Source of the DNA: an uncultured bacterium
Lineage (GTDB): Bacteria > Babelota > Babeliae > Babelales > Vermiphilaceae
DNA: 64,000 bases
Direction of reading: 5' to 3'
NCBI GenBank assembly: GCA_963698045.1
Contig: OY969115.1
Location: forward strand, 843,467-907,466
Shown: in pieces, positions 9,269-17,960 of the stretch
Layout of the letters: every line of letters starts with the position of its first letter
Position numbering within the stretch: position 1 is the first letter of the stretch
Translations under genes and position numbers: made by a program
The notes under the pieces: generated by a model
What the model was told of the DNA's origin: nothing
Databases searched by the model: none
What the model saw: only the letters and a program-made list of their open reading frames with translations

Positions 9269-9432
9269 CTGCACGCATAGTGCATAAAAAGATATTGATA
9301 TTAAAAAAGGTGTATTGCGCCCATAAACTATCAAAAATAAAAAACAGAAAAATAAAAAGATTCCTATCCACTAACCACCTGCACGCATAGTGCATAAAAA
9401 GATATTGAACTAAAAAATGTATGTTGCGCAAA
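9269..9432. repeat. Two direct copies (~55 bp, 110-bp period) of a hairpin-containing motif
   Basis: CTGCACGCATAGTGCATAAAAAGATATTGA occurs at 9269 and 9379. It contains the palindrome TGCAC-GCATA-GTGCA. Non-coding. Confidence 0.6.
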
Positions 9433-9468
9433 TAATCTAGATAAAAGAAAAAAATATAGTAATTAACA

Positions 9469-10578
9469 TTACAACAAATACAACTTCTTCACGACCACCT
9501 CCACCCCCATCTTCTCCTTCCCATCCTTTGGCACCCGTTCCAAAATAGCCAACACCCGCACTTCTACCTTACGGTATATCCCAATAGAAAGCACAGAAAA
9601 ATAACGCGGTTCAAAAGTAGTACTTAATAATGGCTCTATCCCTTTTGGCAATGCAGCAAACGGCTTGCCCTGCCATTGATTAATACCCTTATCCCAATCT
9701 TGCGCCCATGATGCATATGGCTTAAAATTTTTCTCTAATGCTTTAATAAGCTCCTTACGACCTTGCACATCTCCCGCTTGTGTTGTTTTTAGCCCCAAGG
9801 CAGCTGCAAGAGAGTTAGACAATAACCACGGGTCAACATGGGTTTGGTCATTGTACACTGTAAATATATCTGTTAAATAGACCGGCATTTTAGCTTGTGG
9901 TGCTTGCGGTGCCGCAACCTCTTTTTTGCTACGGGACGGTTCAAAATACAGCTGATCTTTAAACACCTCAAATTCTGGAATGTACAATAATTCTGTTACC
10001 TCTTGAATTGGTTGCCCTTCAGCTTTATAAAATTTATCTAATGCTGCCACTATATTGCCGGTTCCTGATTGTTTTACAATGCCCGCAAGTAACGTTTCTA
10101 ACTGCTTTTTAAGTCCACCATCTTTATCTTTGGCACCCTTAAATTCTTTCTTTTTAAAATCATAAAAATTATTAGGATTAATTTTGCCCTCTTCACTCGT
10201 GATAATAATTTCTATGGTGCCATCTATGCCATCAGAAGCCTCTTTTAAGTTAAAGGTCTGCATTCTATTTAAATAGGGCAACACCTCTTCTAAAAAATAG
10301 ACGGTTCTTTTATCTAACGGAGACTGTTTTTCTTGGCCTGGTTGTGCAGCATCTGGTGCCTTTTTTTTATCTACCGGTTTTCCTGCTAAGCGTGCCGCAG
10401 CAATCTGAACTCCTGATAACGCAAGCATTTTCGCCTTCTGACGGGAAATAGCAATAGTAAATTCTGGTACAGCATAATATCCCCGGTTAACCATGTACGT
10501 AATAAGTAACATAGCCGCAGAAATAATAAGCATGGTAAGAACAATAATGTAACCGGGTTTGTTTGTAGATTGGTTCAT
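9469..10578 (-). CDS. GspK-like minor pseudopilin (type II secretion)
   Basis: N-terminal hydrophobic anchor GYIIVLTMLIISAAMLLITYM without the pilin Glu5. GspK-like EEGKINPNN motif. Size 369 aa. Same strand as the gspF-J-like genes. Confidence 0.6.
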   Translation of the reverse strand: MNQSTNKPGYIIVLTMLIISAAMLLITYMVNRGYYAVPEFTIAISRQKAKMLALSGVQIAAARLAGKPVDKKKAPDAAQPGQEKQSPLDKRTVYFLEEVLPYLNRMQTFNLKEASDGIDGTIEIIITSEEGKINPNNFYDFKKKEFKGAKDKDGGLKKQLETLLAGIVKQSGTGNIVAALDKFYKAEGQPIQEVTELLYIPEFEVFKDQLYFEPSRSKKEVAAPQAPQAKMPVYLTDIFTVYNDQTHVDPWLLSNSLAAALGLKTTQAGDVQGRKELIKALEKNFKPYASWAQDWDKGINQWQGKPFAALPKGIEPLLSTTFEPRYFSVLSIGIYRKVEVRVLAILERVPKDGKEKMGVEVVVKKLYLL

Positions 10579-10738
10579 AATATTTATTTTTTTGGATTAT
10601 TAGGTACAGAGCTGTAATTACCATACTACAAGCATAGGCAAACTACCAAGTTTTTACGCACCCCAATAAGTCTCAATAAAAAAAGGACCTGCTCAACACA
10701 TATCCTTTTCTTATAACGGTACATTTAAAATTAAATAA

Positions 10739-12202
10739 TTACTTCTTTATAAAAACCTGCACCATGCCTTTTTCTTCCAAGCGCTTTTGCAACCAAGCTG
10801 GTAACTTCTTAAGTAATGCTATTGCTTCTGGCTGGTACAATTTTAACGGTTCAGGTTTTTTTGGCTTACCGTTCTTGTCTTTATATGCTTTACTTTCAAA
10901 AATTTTATGCAACAACAAGAAGGTTTTTACCCCATCCGTATTTACATACAGTGATTGTATAAAGGTCGGTAGTTCAACAAAAGGAATAAGATTCCATAAT
11001 CTAACAGCGCCATCTGCAGATGCAGATGCAACGGTATTTCCAGCTGGGCTAAATGCAACTGAATATATTGGTGAAAGCTTAATATCTCCATTTAAGAATA
11101 AGGTAGCAATAAGTTTTTTACTAGAAACATCCCACAATTTAATGGTGCCATCCCAAGATCCAGAAATCAGTGTTTTACCGTTTGGACTAAAAGCTACAGA
11201 ATGTACATCTTTCGTATGCCCTTTTAAAGTATAAAGCAATTTCTGATCCGCTACATCCCACAGCTTAATGGTCTTATCATTTGATCCAGTAGCTATTATT
11301 TTACCATCCGGACTAAATGCTACTGAATTAACTATACTAGAATGACCATGCAAAGTGGTAATAAGTTGTTGAGAAGAAAGATCCCATAACTGAACGGTCA
11401 TTTGATAATTAGCAACCGCAATTTTTTTACCATCGGGGCTAAACGCTACTGATAATGCAGTTGCACCATGCAAAATTGCAACATTTTGTTTACTTGCAAT
11501 ATCCCATAATCTAACAGTATCATCATGTGAACCAGAAGCCAGCTGCTTACCATCGGGGCTAAATGCTACTGAATTTACATAACCGGTATGACCACTTAAA
11601 GTGGCAATAGGTTTGTTACTGGAAATATTCCAAAGTTCAATAGTAGTATCATGGTTACCACCAGCAACCATTTTACCATCTGGACTAAATGCTATTGAGT
11701 TTATTATATGGCCAAATGTTCCTACTGTATTTCCCAATTTTAACGTAGTAATAGGCTGTTTATTAAAAACATCAAATAATTTAAGGCCCAAATCTCCATG
11801 ACCTCCATAAGCAAGAATTTTGCCATCTGGACTAAATGCTACTGAATATACAGTACTGCCCTGACCTGGTAACATTATTGGATTTATATCTATAAGAGAT
11901 TTAATCTGTTGTATAAAAGTTGAATTCTGTCTTACACTTTGTGTTGCTGGATCAAATAAATACTGCCCAATAACACGCCTAAAAGCTTCTGCTTTTTCAA
12001 CATTGTCTAACTCTGGATAAAATGGCTTTCCTGTCTCCTGACTTGGTAATTTAACCTCTGCAAGCCCTTTAACAATTTCTTGTATCTGCTGTTCAATAGC
12101 AGTCTGATCACTTTCTTTGGATTCCATTGCAGACACGGATAATGGCACCACTATTGCCAACCCTGCAAAAATAAGAATTTTTTTAATTGTATTCATGGTC
12201 AA
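10739..12202 (-). CDS. Signal-peptide WD40 repeat protein (7 blades), paralog 1
   Basis: Signal peptide MTMNTIKKILIFAGLAIVVPLSVSA. Seven SVAFSPDGK...LWD units. Termini near-identical to the 12225..13706 product. Confidence 0.85.
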   Translation of the reverse strand: MTMNTIKKILIFAGLAIVVPLSVSAMESKESDQTAIEQQIQEIVKGLAEVKLPSQETGKPFYPELDNVEKAEAFRRVIGQYLFDPATQSVRQNSTFIQQIKSLIDINPIMLPGQGSTVYSVAFSPDGKILAYGGHGDLGLKLFDVFNKQPITTLKLGNTVGTFGHIINSIAFSPDGKMVAGGNHDTTIELWNISSNKPIATLSGHTGYVNSVAFSPDGKQLASGSHDDTVRLWDIASKQNVAILHGATALSVAFSPDGKKIAVANYQMTVQLWDLSSQQLITTLHGHSSIVNSVAFSPDGKIIATGSNDKTIKLWDVADQKLLYTLKGHTKDVHSVAFSPNGKTLISGSWDGTIKLWDVSSKKLIATLFLNGDIKLSPIYSVAFSPAGNTVASASADGAVRLWNLIPFVELPTFIQSLYVNTDGVKTFLLLHKIFESKAYKDKNGKPKKPEPLKLYQPEAIALLKKLPAWLQKRLEEKGMVQVFIKK

Positions 12203-12224
12203 CTTCCCTTTAATAATATTTTAC

Positions 12225-13706
12225 TTAATTAGTTGTTTTGCTCGGGTTATCTTCCTGCTTTTTCTTTATAAAAACCTGCACCATGCGTTTTTCTTGCAAA
12301 CGCTTTTGCAACCAAGCTGGTAACTTCTTAAGTAATGCTATCGCTTCCGGCTGGTACAATTTTAACGGTTCAGGTTTTTTTGGCTTACCGTTCTTGTCTT
12401 TATCTGCATTACTCTCAAAAATTTTATGCAACAATAAGAAAGTTTTTAAACCATCCGTATTTGCATATAGCGATTGTATAAATAAAGGTAGTTCAACAAA
12501 AGGAGTAAGATTCCATAATCTAATAAAGCCATCCTTAGATCCAGAAGCAAGAGTTTTACCATCTGGACTAAATGCTACTGAAAATATAGCTTCGGTATGA
12601 CCAGGTAAGGTAACATTAAGTTGTTTACTATTTACATCCCATAATTTAATGGTCCCATCGAAAGATCCAGATGCAAGAATTTTGCCATCTGGACTATATG
12701 CTACTGAAGTTACAGACTTTTTATGACCCATTAAAGTAGCAATAGGTTTTTTACTACTTACGTCCCATAAATTAATAGTGGCCCCCGATCCAAAAGCAAC
12801 TGTTTTGCCATCTGGACTAAATACTACTGAACTTTGTAAAGAATGAGCATTTATAGTATCAATAAGTTTTTTACTACTCACACCCCATAAATTAATAATA
12901 TTATCCACAGATCCAGAAGCAAGAGTTTTGCCATCTGGACTAAATGCTACTGAAAGTACCGGCCGAGTATGACTATTTATAGTGGCAATAGGCTGTTTAC
13001 TACTCACATCCCATAATTTAATAGAATCATCAGATCCAGAAGCCAATATTTTGCCATCAGGACTAAATACTACTGAATATACCTTTTCAGTATGGCCAGG
13101 CAAGGTAGCATTAAGTTGTTTACTACTTACATCCCATAATTTGATGGTCTTATCCAAAGATCCAGAAGCCAATGTTTTGCCATCTGGACTAAATGCTACT
13201 GAATATACCGTTTCAGTATGGCCAGGCAAAGTAGCAATGAGCGTATTTTTTTTGGTATCCCATAACTTAATGATACCAAGGGGATATCCCGAAGCCAATG
13301 TTTCGCCATCTGGACTAAACGCTACTGAACGTACTGAAAAGACGTCGTAACGTTCTGAAAAGACGTTGTATTTTAAATTTGTTGAATTTATATCTATAAG
13401 AGATTTAATCTGTTGTATAAAGGTTGAATTCTGTCTTACACTTTGTGTTGCTGGATCAAATAAATATTGCCCAATAACACGTCTTAAAGCCTCTGCTTTT
13501 TCAACATTATCTAACTCTGGATAAAACGGCTTTCCCACAAACTCACTTGGTATTTTGACATCTGCCATCCCTTTTACAATTTCTTGTATCTGCTGTTCAC
13601 TAGCAGTCTGATCACTTTCTTTGGATTCCATTGCAGACACAGATAATGGCACCACTAATGCCAACCCTGCAAAAATAAGAATTTTTTTAATTGTATTCAT
13701 GGTCAA
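12225..13706 (-). CDS. Signal-peptide WD40 repeat protein (7 blades), paralog 2
   Basis: Same signal peptide and N- and C-terminal modules as paralog 1. Seven SVAFSPDGKTLASGS..IKLWDV units. Confidence 0.85.
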   Translation of the reverse strand: MTMNTIKKILIFAGLALVVPLSVSAMESKESDQTASEQQIQEIVKGMADVKIPSEFVGKPFYPELDNVEKAEALRRVIGQYLFDPATQSVRQNSTFIQQIKSLIDINSTNLKYNVFSERYDVFSVRSVAFSPDGETLASGYPLGIIKLWDTKKNTLIATLPGHTETVYSVAFSPDGKTLASGSLDKTIKLWDVSSKQLNATLPGHTEKVYSVVFSPDGKILASGSDDSIKLWDVSSKQPIATINSHTRPVLSVAFSPDGKTLASGSVDNIINLWGVSSKKLIDTINAHSLQSSVVFSPDGKTVAFGSGATINLWDVSSKKPIATLMGHKKSVTSVAYSPDGKILASGSFDGTIKLWDVNSKQLNVTLPGHTEAIFSVAFSPDGKTLASGSKDGFIRLWNLTPFVELPLFIQSLYANTDGLKTFLLLHKIFESNADKDKNGKPKKPEPLKLYQPEAIALLKKLPAWLQKRLQEKRMVQVFIKKKQEDNPSKTTN

Positions 13707-13744
13707 CCTTTACAGAATTAAGAATTACTCAAATTAACGGTAAA

Positions 13745-14153
13745 ATAAAACCCACTTACATATATCCTAATTGATATATCCTAATTGAAATAATACCAAA
13801 TACTGTCCCATTAAATCAATAGTTTTTATAATGATTATTTAAGGTTAAATTGGCACAAAAAAGCCTTAGAATAGGGATTAAGATTTTTACTCAGTTAAAG
13901 TTCAGATTCTGCATGCTAAAAGCAGAAGAAGGCAGGTTAACCTCTAACCCCATGCCAGAAGGTTGCCCATAGATGGGTATGGATCTGTAAAGATAAAAAA
14001 CACTCTGCACAAATCGCGTTAGGACTTGCAACTGCCAAGATTTGGATACTGGATATTTATAAAAAAAAGAGACATGCGTTTTACAACCCTGTTCACCCAG
14101 CGCTAAGTCCAAGGTTTTGGAATAGCTTATTTGGTAAATTTGTAAAATAACAC
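13745..14153. repeat. Intergenic repeat, copy a (upstream of WD40 paralog 2)
   Basis: Aligns with 16745..17095 and 17705..17960. Shared core AATCAATAGTTTTTATAATGATTATTTAAGGTTAAATTGGCACAAAAAAGCCTTAGAAT and downstream blocks. Confidence 0.65.
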
Positions 14154-14186
14154 TAAAAAGAGAGGCACTCATTAGCATGTCTCTCT
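14154..14186 (-). terminator. Rho-independent terminator candidate after the 14221..14943 gene
   Basis: Minus-strand AGAGAGACA / TGCCTCTCT stem (8 of 9 pairs) followed by UUUU, 35 nt after the stop. Confidence 0.45.
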
Positions 14187-14220
14187 TTTGATTCTCTCTT
14201 CTATTTTAAAAATAACTCTT

Positions 14221-14943
14221 TTATTTTCTTTCCTTTACCTCTAACACCGGTTTAAAATCATCTTTAATAGTTATGTTTACAGACCAGTCTTTGTTTCTAT
14301 TTATAAGTTTCATAGATTCTGATGATTTGGATTTGAAGCTTGGTAAAGTACTACTTAATATAAGTTTATCTCCTTCTACTTTTAAATAGTAGGTGACATA
14401 TTCTTCTGATCCGCCACCAGATTTAATTTCTGATCCGCCATCAGATTTAATTTTTGAAATTAGAGCTAGAGTAAGAATTTTAAATGTTCCAGCTTTTAAA
14501 CTATCTGTTTGATCTTTCTTAAGAGCAAGTATTTCTTTTTTAAATATTTCACCGGGTTTAATTTGTTTATGTTCTAGTGAAATTCCTGCATGAATAGTAT
14601 TTTCTTCTGGCATGTCTTTTAATAACTCTTTGAAATATTCTGATCCCTGCATTACACAAACGGGATCCCCGAAAGGGTCGCGCACACAGCGAAATCCTGC
14701 CAAACTTGGATCTGACGAAAAGCCTTGCAACATTGGAGTTGACGACTTGCCTCCAATTGGCGACTGGCTCTTTTGAATATATGCAACCTCTAAATCACCA
14801 TGCTCTAGGGTAGTTTTTACACTTCCACCACCTCCGCTGCCAGGCTTCAGTTCATTTTTAATACTTTCAACATAAATTTGACCTTCTGCAAACCCCATCC
14901 CAACGCTGGTTAAAAGCACCAGTAATGATAAAAACCTCTTCAT
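14221..14943 (-). CDS. Small secreted protein, family member D (240 aa)
   Basis: Signal peptide MKRFLSLLVLLTSVGMGFA, whose first 16 residues are identical to those of the 17100..17690 product. Shares GQIYVESIKNE and C-terminal KDWSVNITIKDD motifs with three paralogs. Confidence 0.7.
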   Translation of the reverse strand: MKRFLSLLVLLTSVGMGFAEGQIYVESIKNELKPGSGGGGSVKTTLEHGDLEVAYIQKSQSPIGGKSSTPMLQGFSSDPSLAGFRCVRDPFGDPVCVMQGSEYFKELLKDMPEENTIHAGISLEHKQIKPGEIFKKEILALKKDQTDSLKAGTFKILTLALISKIKSDGGSEIKSGGGSEEYVTYYLKVEGDKLILSSTLPSFKSKSSESMKLINRNKDWSVNITIKDDFKPVLEVKERK

Positions 14944-14979
14944 AGATATTCTCCTTATAAATAATTAAATTAAGCCCCA

Positions 14980-15504
14980 TTATGATTTTTTAGCTCTCAC
15001 CACAAACTTAACATCAGAATCATTTACAGTTATTTCAACTTCCCAGTTTTTCGTTAGTAAATCCTTATTTTTAAATATCGGATTAGGAAATCCTAATATC
15101 TCTGGAGTTACCAATACCAGTTGATTGTTTTTCGAGTTGTTTTCATCTTTCTTGAATTCTAAATAAAAATCCGCCGTATCACTTTTACCTTTATTTTTAA
15201 TTTTAATCCTTATAACAAATCTGTAAGCTTTCTTACTATTTGTCTCATTATTATTTAAATCAATAGCCAAAATTTCTGTTTCAAATTTTTTTGTTTCGTT
15301 TGGTAGAATAGTGAATTCTTTGGGTGTAAACACCCTAAAGATAGGTGCATTTTCGCTTTCCTTAATATCATCAGTAAACGTATGCCCAGGTGTTGTATTA
15401 TTGGTAACACTCTTAACATAAACCATCCCTTTTTTTAGCTCCTCTGCAAAAAGCATGCCCATGTTGCTCATCAATAATGTCAGTAAAACCATATATTTCT
15501 TCAT
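14980..15504 (-). CDS. Small secreted protein, family member C (174 aa)
   Basis: Signal peptide. GMVYVKSVTNNTTPGH and C-terminal KNWEVEITVNDS motifs shared with paralogs. Confidence 0.7.
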   Translation of the reverse strand: MKKYMVLLTLLMSNMGMLFAEELKKGMVYVKSVTNNTTPGHTFTDDIKESENAPIFRVFTPKEFTILPNETKKFETEILAIDLNNNETNSKKAYRFVIRIKIKNKGKSDTADFYLEFKKDENNSKNNQLVLVTPEILGFPNPIFKNKDLLTKNWEVEITVNDSDVKFVVRAKKS

Positions 15505-15570
15505 AAAATCTTCCTAATAAATAATTTAATTTATCTATCCTTCATGACCTAACTTAGTCCAAGTCGCTCA

Positions 15571-15771
15571 TCAAAATCCTTCGTCTCGATTCCACACTAC
15601 CGTTTTTTTGACTTCCTTTATTTTTTTTTCTGCTGCTGCAATTCTCTTACTTTTTGCTTTCTTTGCTTGCTTCTTTGCCGTGCTAGCTTTATTTTCTTCC
15701 GAAAACATATTCGTGTTAATACCTGTTAAAAGCATGAGTGATGATAACAATGATACAAATCTGCTTTTCAT
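15571..15771 (-). CDS. Small secreted Lys-rich peptide (66 aa)
   Basis: Signal peptide MKSRFVSLLSSLMLLTG and a basic AKKQAKKAKSKR region. Short, so less certain. Confidence 0.45.
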   Translation of the reverse strand: MKSRFVSLLSSLMLLTGINTNMFSEENKASTAKKQAKKAKSKRIAAAEKKIKEVKKTVVWNRDEGF

Positions 15772-15806
15772 ACTATTTTCCTTTTTTTCAAATTTAAAAG
15801 ACTAAA

Positions 15807-16127
15807 TTACTTTTTAAGGTGTACAGCCCTTTTTCTCTTACGACCCTCAGTTCCAGCACTCTTAACAGATCCAGATTGCTTAGATTTCAATAATGCTTCT
15901 TGTGCAGCTAGATCTTCCACTGGTCCTGTTGCCGCAGGTGCAGCAAATGCAGGCATAACCCCAGCTTTATCACCTCCCCAATCAAGCATAACCCCAGCTT
16001 TATCCCAGATAGGTCCTTCAGCCTGATCATAATCAGAACTGGGTTGTGCAATTTCTTTAACTGCTGTACCTTGCAATAGTACACTGCTAGTTAAAAAAAC
16101 CAGCAAAATAACTAAATATTTCTTCAT
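15807..16127 (-). CDS. Small secreted hypothetical protein (106 aa)
   Basis: Signal peptide MKKYLVILLVFLTSSVLLQG. Internal DKAGVM duplication. Basic tail. Confidence 0.55.
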   Translation of the reverse strand: MKKYLVILLVFLTSSVLLQGTAVKEIAQPSSDYDQAEGPIWDKAGVMLDWGGDKAGVMPAFAAPAATGPVEDLAAQEALLKSKQSGSVKSAGTEGRKRKRAVHLKK

Positions 16128-16185
16128 AAGAAATTCTCCTTTTATAAATAATTAGAAGCATTCATTGCTCATTTTTTATGAATAT

Positions 16186-16722
16186 CTATCGCTTAAATAT
16201 CGAGGGTATAATTGAATCGGTAGACATTACTTTTAACTGAGGACCATTGTTAGTGAAAACTATATTCACCAACCAGTCTTTTTCTCTGAGTTTTGCATCT
16301 TCAAATGATCCCTCTATTTTTTCTTTCTCAAAGGTTTTTTCCAAATTATTTACGTTTTGCAAAATCAATTTATTATCTTTGATATCTATATTATAAATTG
16401 CGAAATATAAGAAGGGACCTGATGGGTATTGAACAAGATAATTTTGCGCTATGCTGAATTCCACAACATTTTTTTTCTCTTGATTCAAGTTAAGAACAAG
16501 TAGTGGCGGACTGAACTGGTATACTTCATCCTTATTAAGAGTAATTAATTTAGATCCACCTTCTTTAATCACAATAAAATTTGTTGCAGGTATCTTAATA
16601 CCTTTAGCAACTTCATGTCCCTTTGTTGTTCTATTTTCAACGCTAAAAACATAAATAAGCCCTTTTGCAGATAAGGGAACTACATAAGTCAAAAACATAA
16701 ATAAAATTAAATATCTCTTCAT
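16186..16722 (-). CDS. Small secreted protein, family member B (178 aa)
   Basis: Signal peptide. GLIYVFSVENRTTKGH and C-terminal KDWLVNIVFTNN motifs shared with paralogs. Confidence 0.7.
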   Translation of the reverse strand: MKRYLILFMFLTYVVPLSAKGLIYVFSVENRTTKGHEVAKGIKIPATNFIVIKEGGSKLITLNKDEVYQFSPPLLVLNLNQEKKNVVEFSIAQNYLVQYPSGPFLYFAIYNIDIKDNKLILQNVNNLEKTFEKEKIEGSFEDAKLREKDWLVNIVFTNNGPQLKVMSTDSIIPSIFKR

Positions 16723-16744
16723 TGCGGCTCTCTCTTTTTAAACA

Positions 16745-17095
16745 ATTTCATATCCTAATTGTAATAATAACAAAGTAAGGTCTCCAAAATCAATAGTTTT
16801 TATAATGATTATTTAAAGTTAAATTGGCACAAAAAGGCCTTAGAATATGAATTAAGACTATATACTCAGTTAAGCTTCATAGTATGCATACCAAAAGGTA
16901 AAGAAGGTAGATTACCCTCCTCTAGTTTGCGGCAAACATGCCAAAAGGCGTGCCTAAAGATGATATGGATCTGTACACTCTACATAAAGCGCACGAATAA
17001 CTTGCAACTGCCAAAATTTGGATTATGGATATTTATAAAAAAAAAGAGACATGCTTTTTACACATGCCTCTTGAATTTTGTAAGTGATGTGATGC
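16745..17095. repeat. Intergenic repeat, copy b (upstream of 16186..16722)
   Basis: Aligns with copies a and c. It includes the terminator of the upstream gene. Confidence 0.65.
17036..17071 (-). terminator. Rho-independent terminator after the 17100..17690 gene
   Basis: Minus-strand AGAGGCAUG / CAUGUCUCU 9-bp stem (one G-U pair) followed by a 9-nt U-run. Confidence 0.6.
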
Positions 17096-17099
17096 ACAC

Positions 17100-17690
17100 T
17101 TAATTGTTACTGAGAGGTCTTACTTTTATCTCTGTCTTTTTGTCTTTAATAACTAAATCAACTGCCCAGTCGTTGTTCATGAGATCTATACTTTTAGATT
17201 CAGATGATTTTATAGTGGCAGGTGCTTTAAATATTAATTTATCACCTTCAACTACTAATCCACCAAATGAATTATCATCAAATGTTGCACCTATATCACT
17301 AGCTATAATCTCTGAAGTCTGAACTCTCATCTGAATGGCAAATGTTCCATTTTGTAAACTATTTGTTAGACCTTCATTTAAATCAAGTGCAAGTATTTTC
17401 TTTCTAAAGGTACTTCCTTGTTGTACATTATATTGTTGTTGTACATTATATTGTTGTACATTATATTTCGAGGGTTTCTTCTGAGGATTTTTTTTCGAGG
17501 GTCTCTTCTGAGCTAAAGTACTTCCTCCAGCATTAAAGTTAGTATAAATCCTTATGTCGTGTTCCCCCTCTGCTAAAGTACTTCCACCCCCGCGGATCTC
17601 ATTCTGCACACTTTCAACATAAATACGTCCTTTTGCAGAAACCATCCCAACACTGGTTAAAAGCACCAGTAATGATAAAAACCTCTTCAT
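17100..17690 (-). CDS. Small secreted protein, family member A (196 aa)
   Basis: Signal peptide MKRFLSLLVLLTSVGMVSA. GRIYVESVQNE and C-terminal NNDWAVDLVIKDK motifs. Internal QQYNVQ micro-repeats. Confidence 0.7.
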   Translation of the reverse strand: MKRFLSLLVLLTSVGMVSAKGRIYVESVQNEIRGGGSTLAEGEHDIRIYTNFNAGGSTLAQKRPSKKNPQKKPSKYNVQQYNVQQQYNVQQGSTFRKKILALDLNEGLTNSLQNGTFAIQMRVQTSEIIASDIGATFDDNSFGGLVVEGDKLIFKAPATIKSSESKSIDLMNNDWAVDLVIKDKKTEIKVRPLSNN

Positions 17691-17704
17691 AAGAGTCTCC
17701 TTTA

Positions 17705-17960
17705 TTATATAAACAACTAAAGCATATCTCCTAATTGTAATAATAACAAAGCAAAGCCTCTAAAATCAATAGTTTTTACAATGATTATTTAAAACTAAAT
17801 TGGCACAAAAAGGCCTTAGAATGGGAATTTGGAGTATTACTCAGTTGGGCTTAATAGTATGCATGCTAAAAGGTGAAGACGGCAGCTTGTCCTCTAACCC
17901 CGCAAACATGCCAGAAGGCGGCCCATTAGACGGTCTAAAACGGGGGCCAATATGGGTTCC
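17705..17960. repeat. Intergenic repeat, copy c (overlaps the 3' end of the gspJ-like gene)
   Basis: Aligns with copies a and b. Here the distal part is in frame as the last ~40 codons of the 17841..19022 ORF. Confidence 0.65.

Noticed and set aside
9180-9431. 83-aa minus-strand ORF between the TA cassette and gspK-like
   Set aside because: It spans the two hairpin direct repeats and part of the inverted repeat. The composition is AT-rich junk (FIFLFFIF) and there is no RBS.
13891-14178. 95-aa ORF in the spacer between the small-protein operon and WD40 paralog 2
   Set aside because: It lies wholly inside intergenic repeat copy a. Its C-terminus is a decayed copy of the gspJ-like tail, and the equivalent frame in copy b is broken by stops. 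It also overlaps a terminator hairpin.
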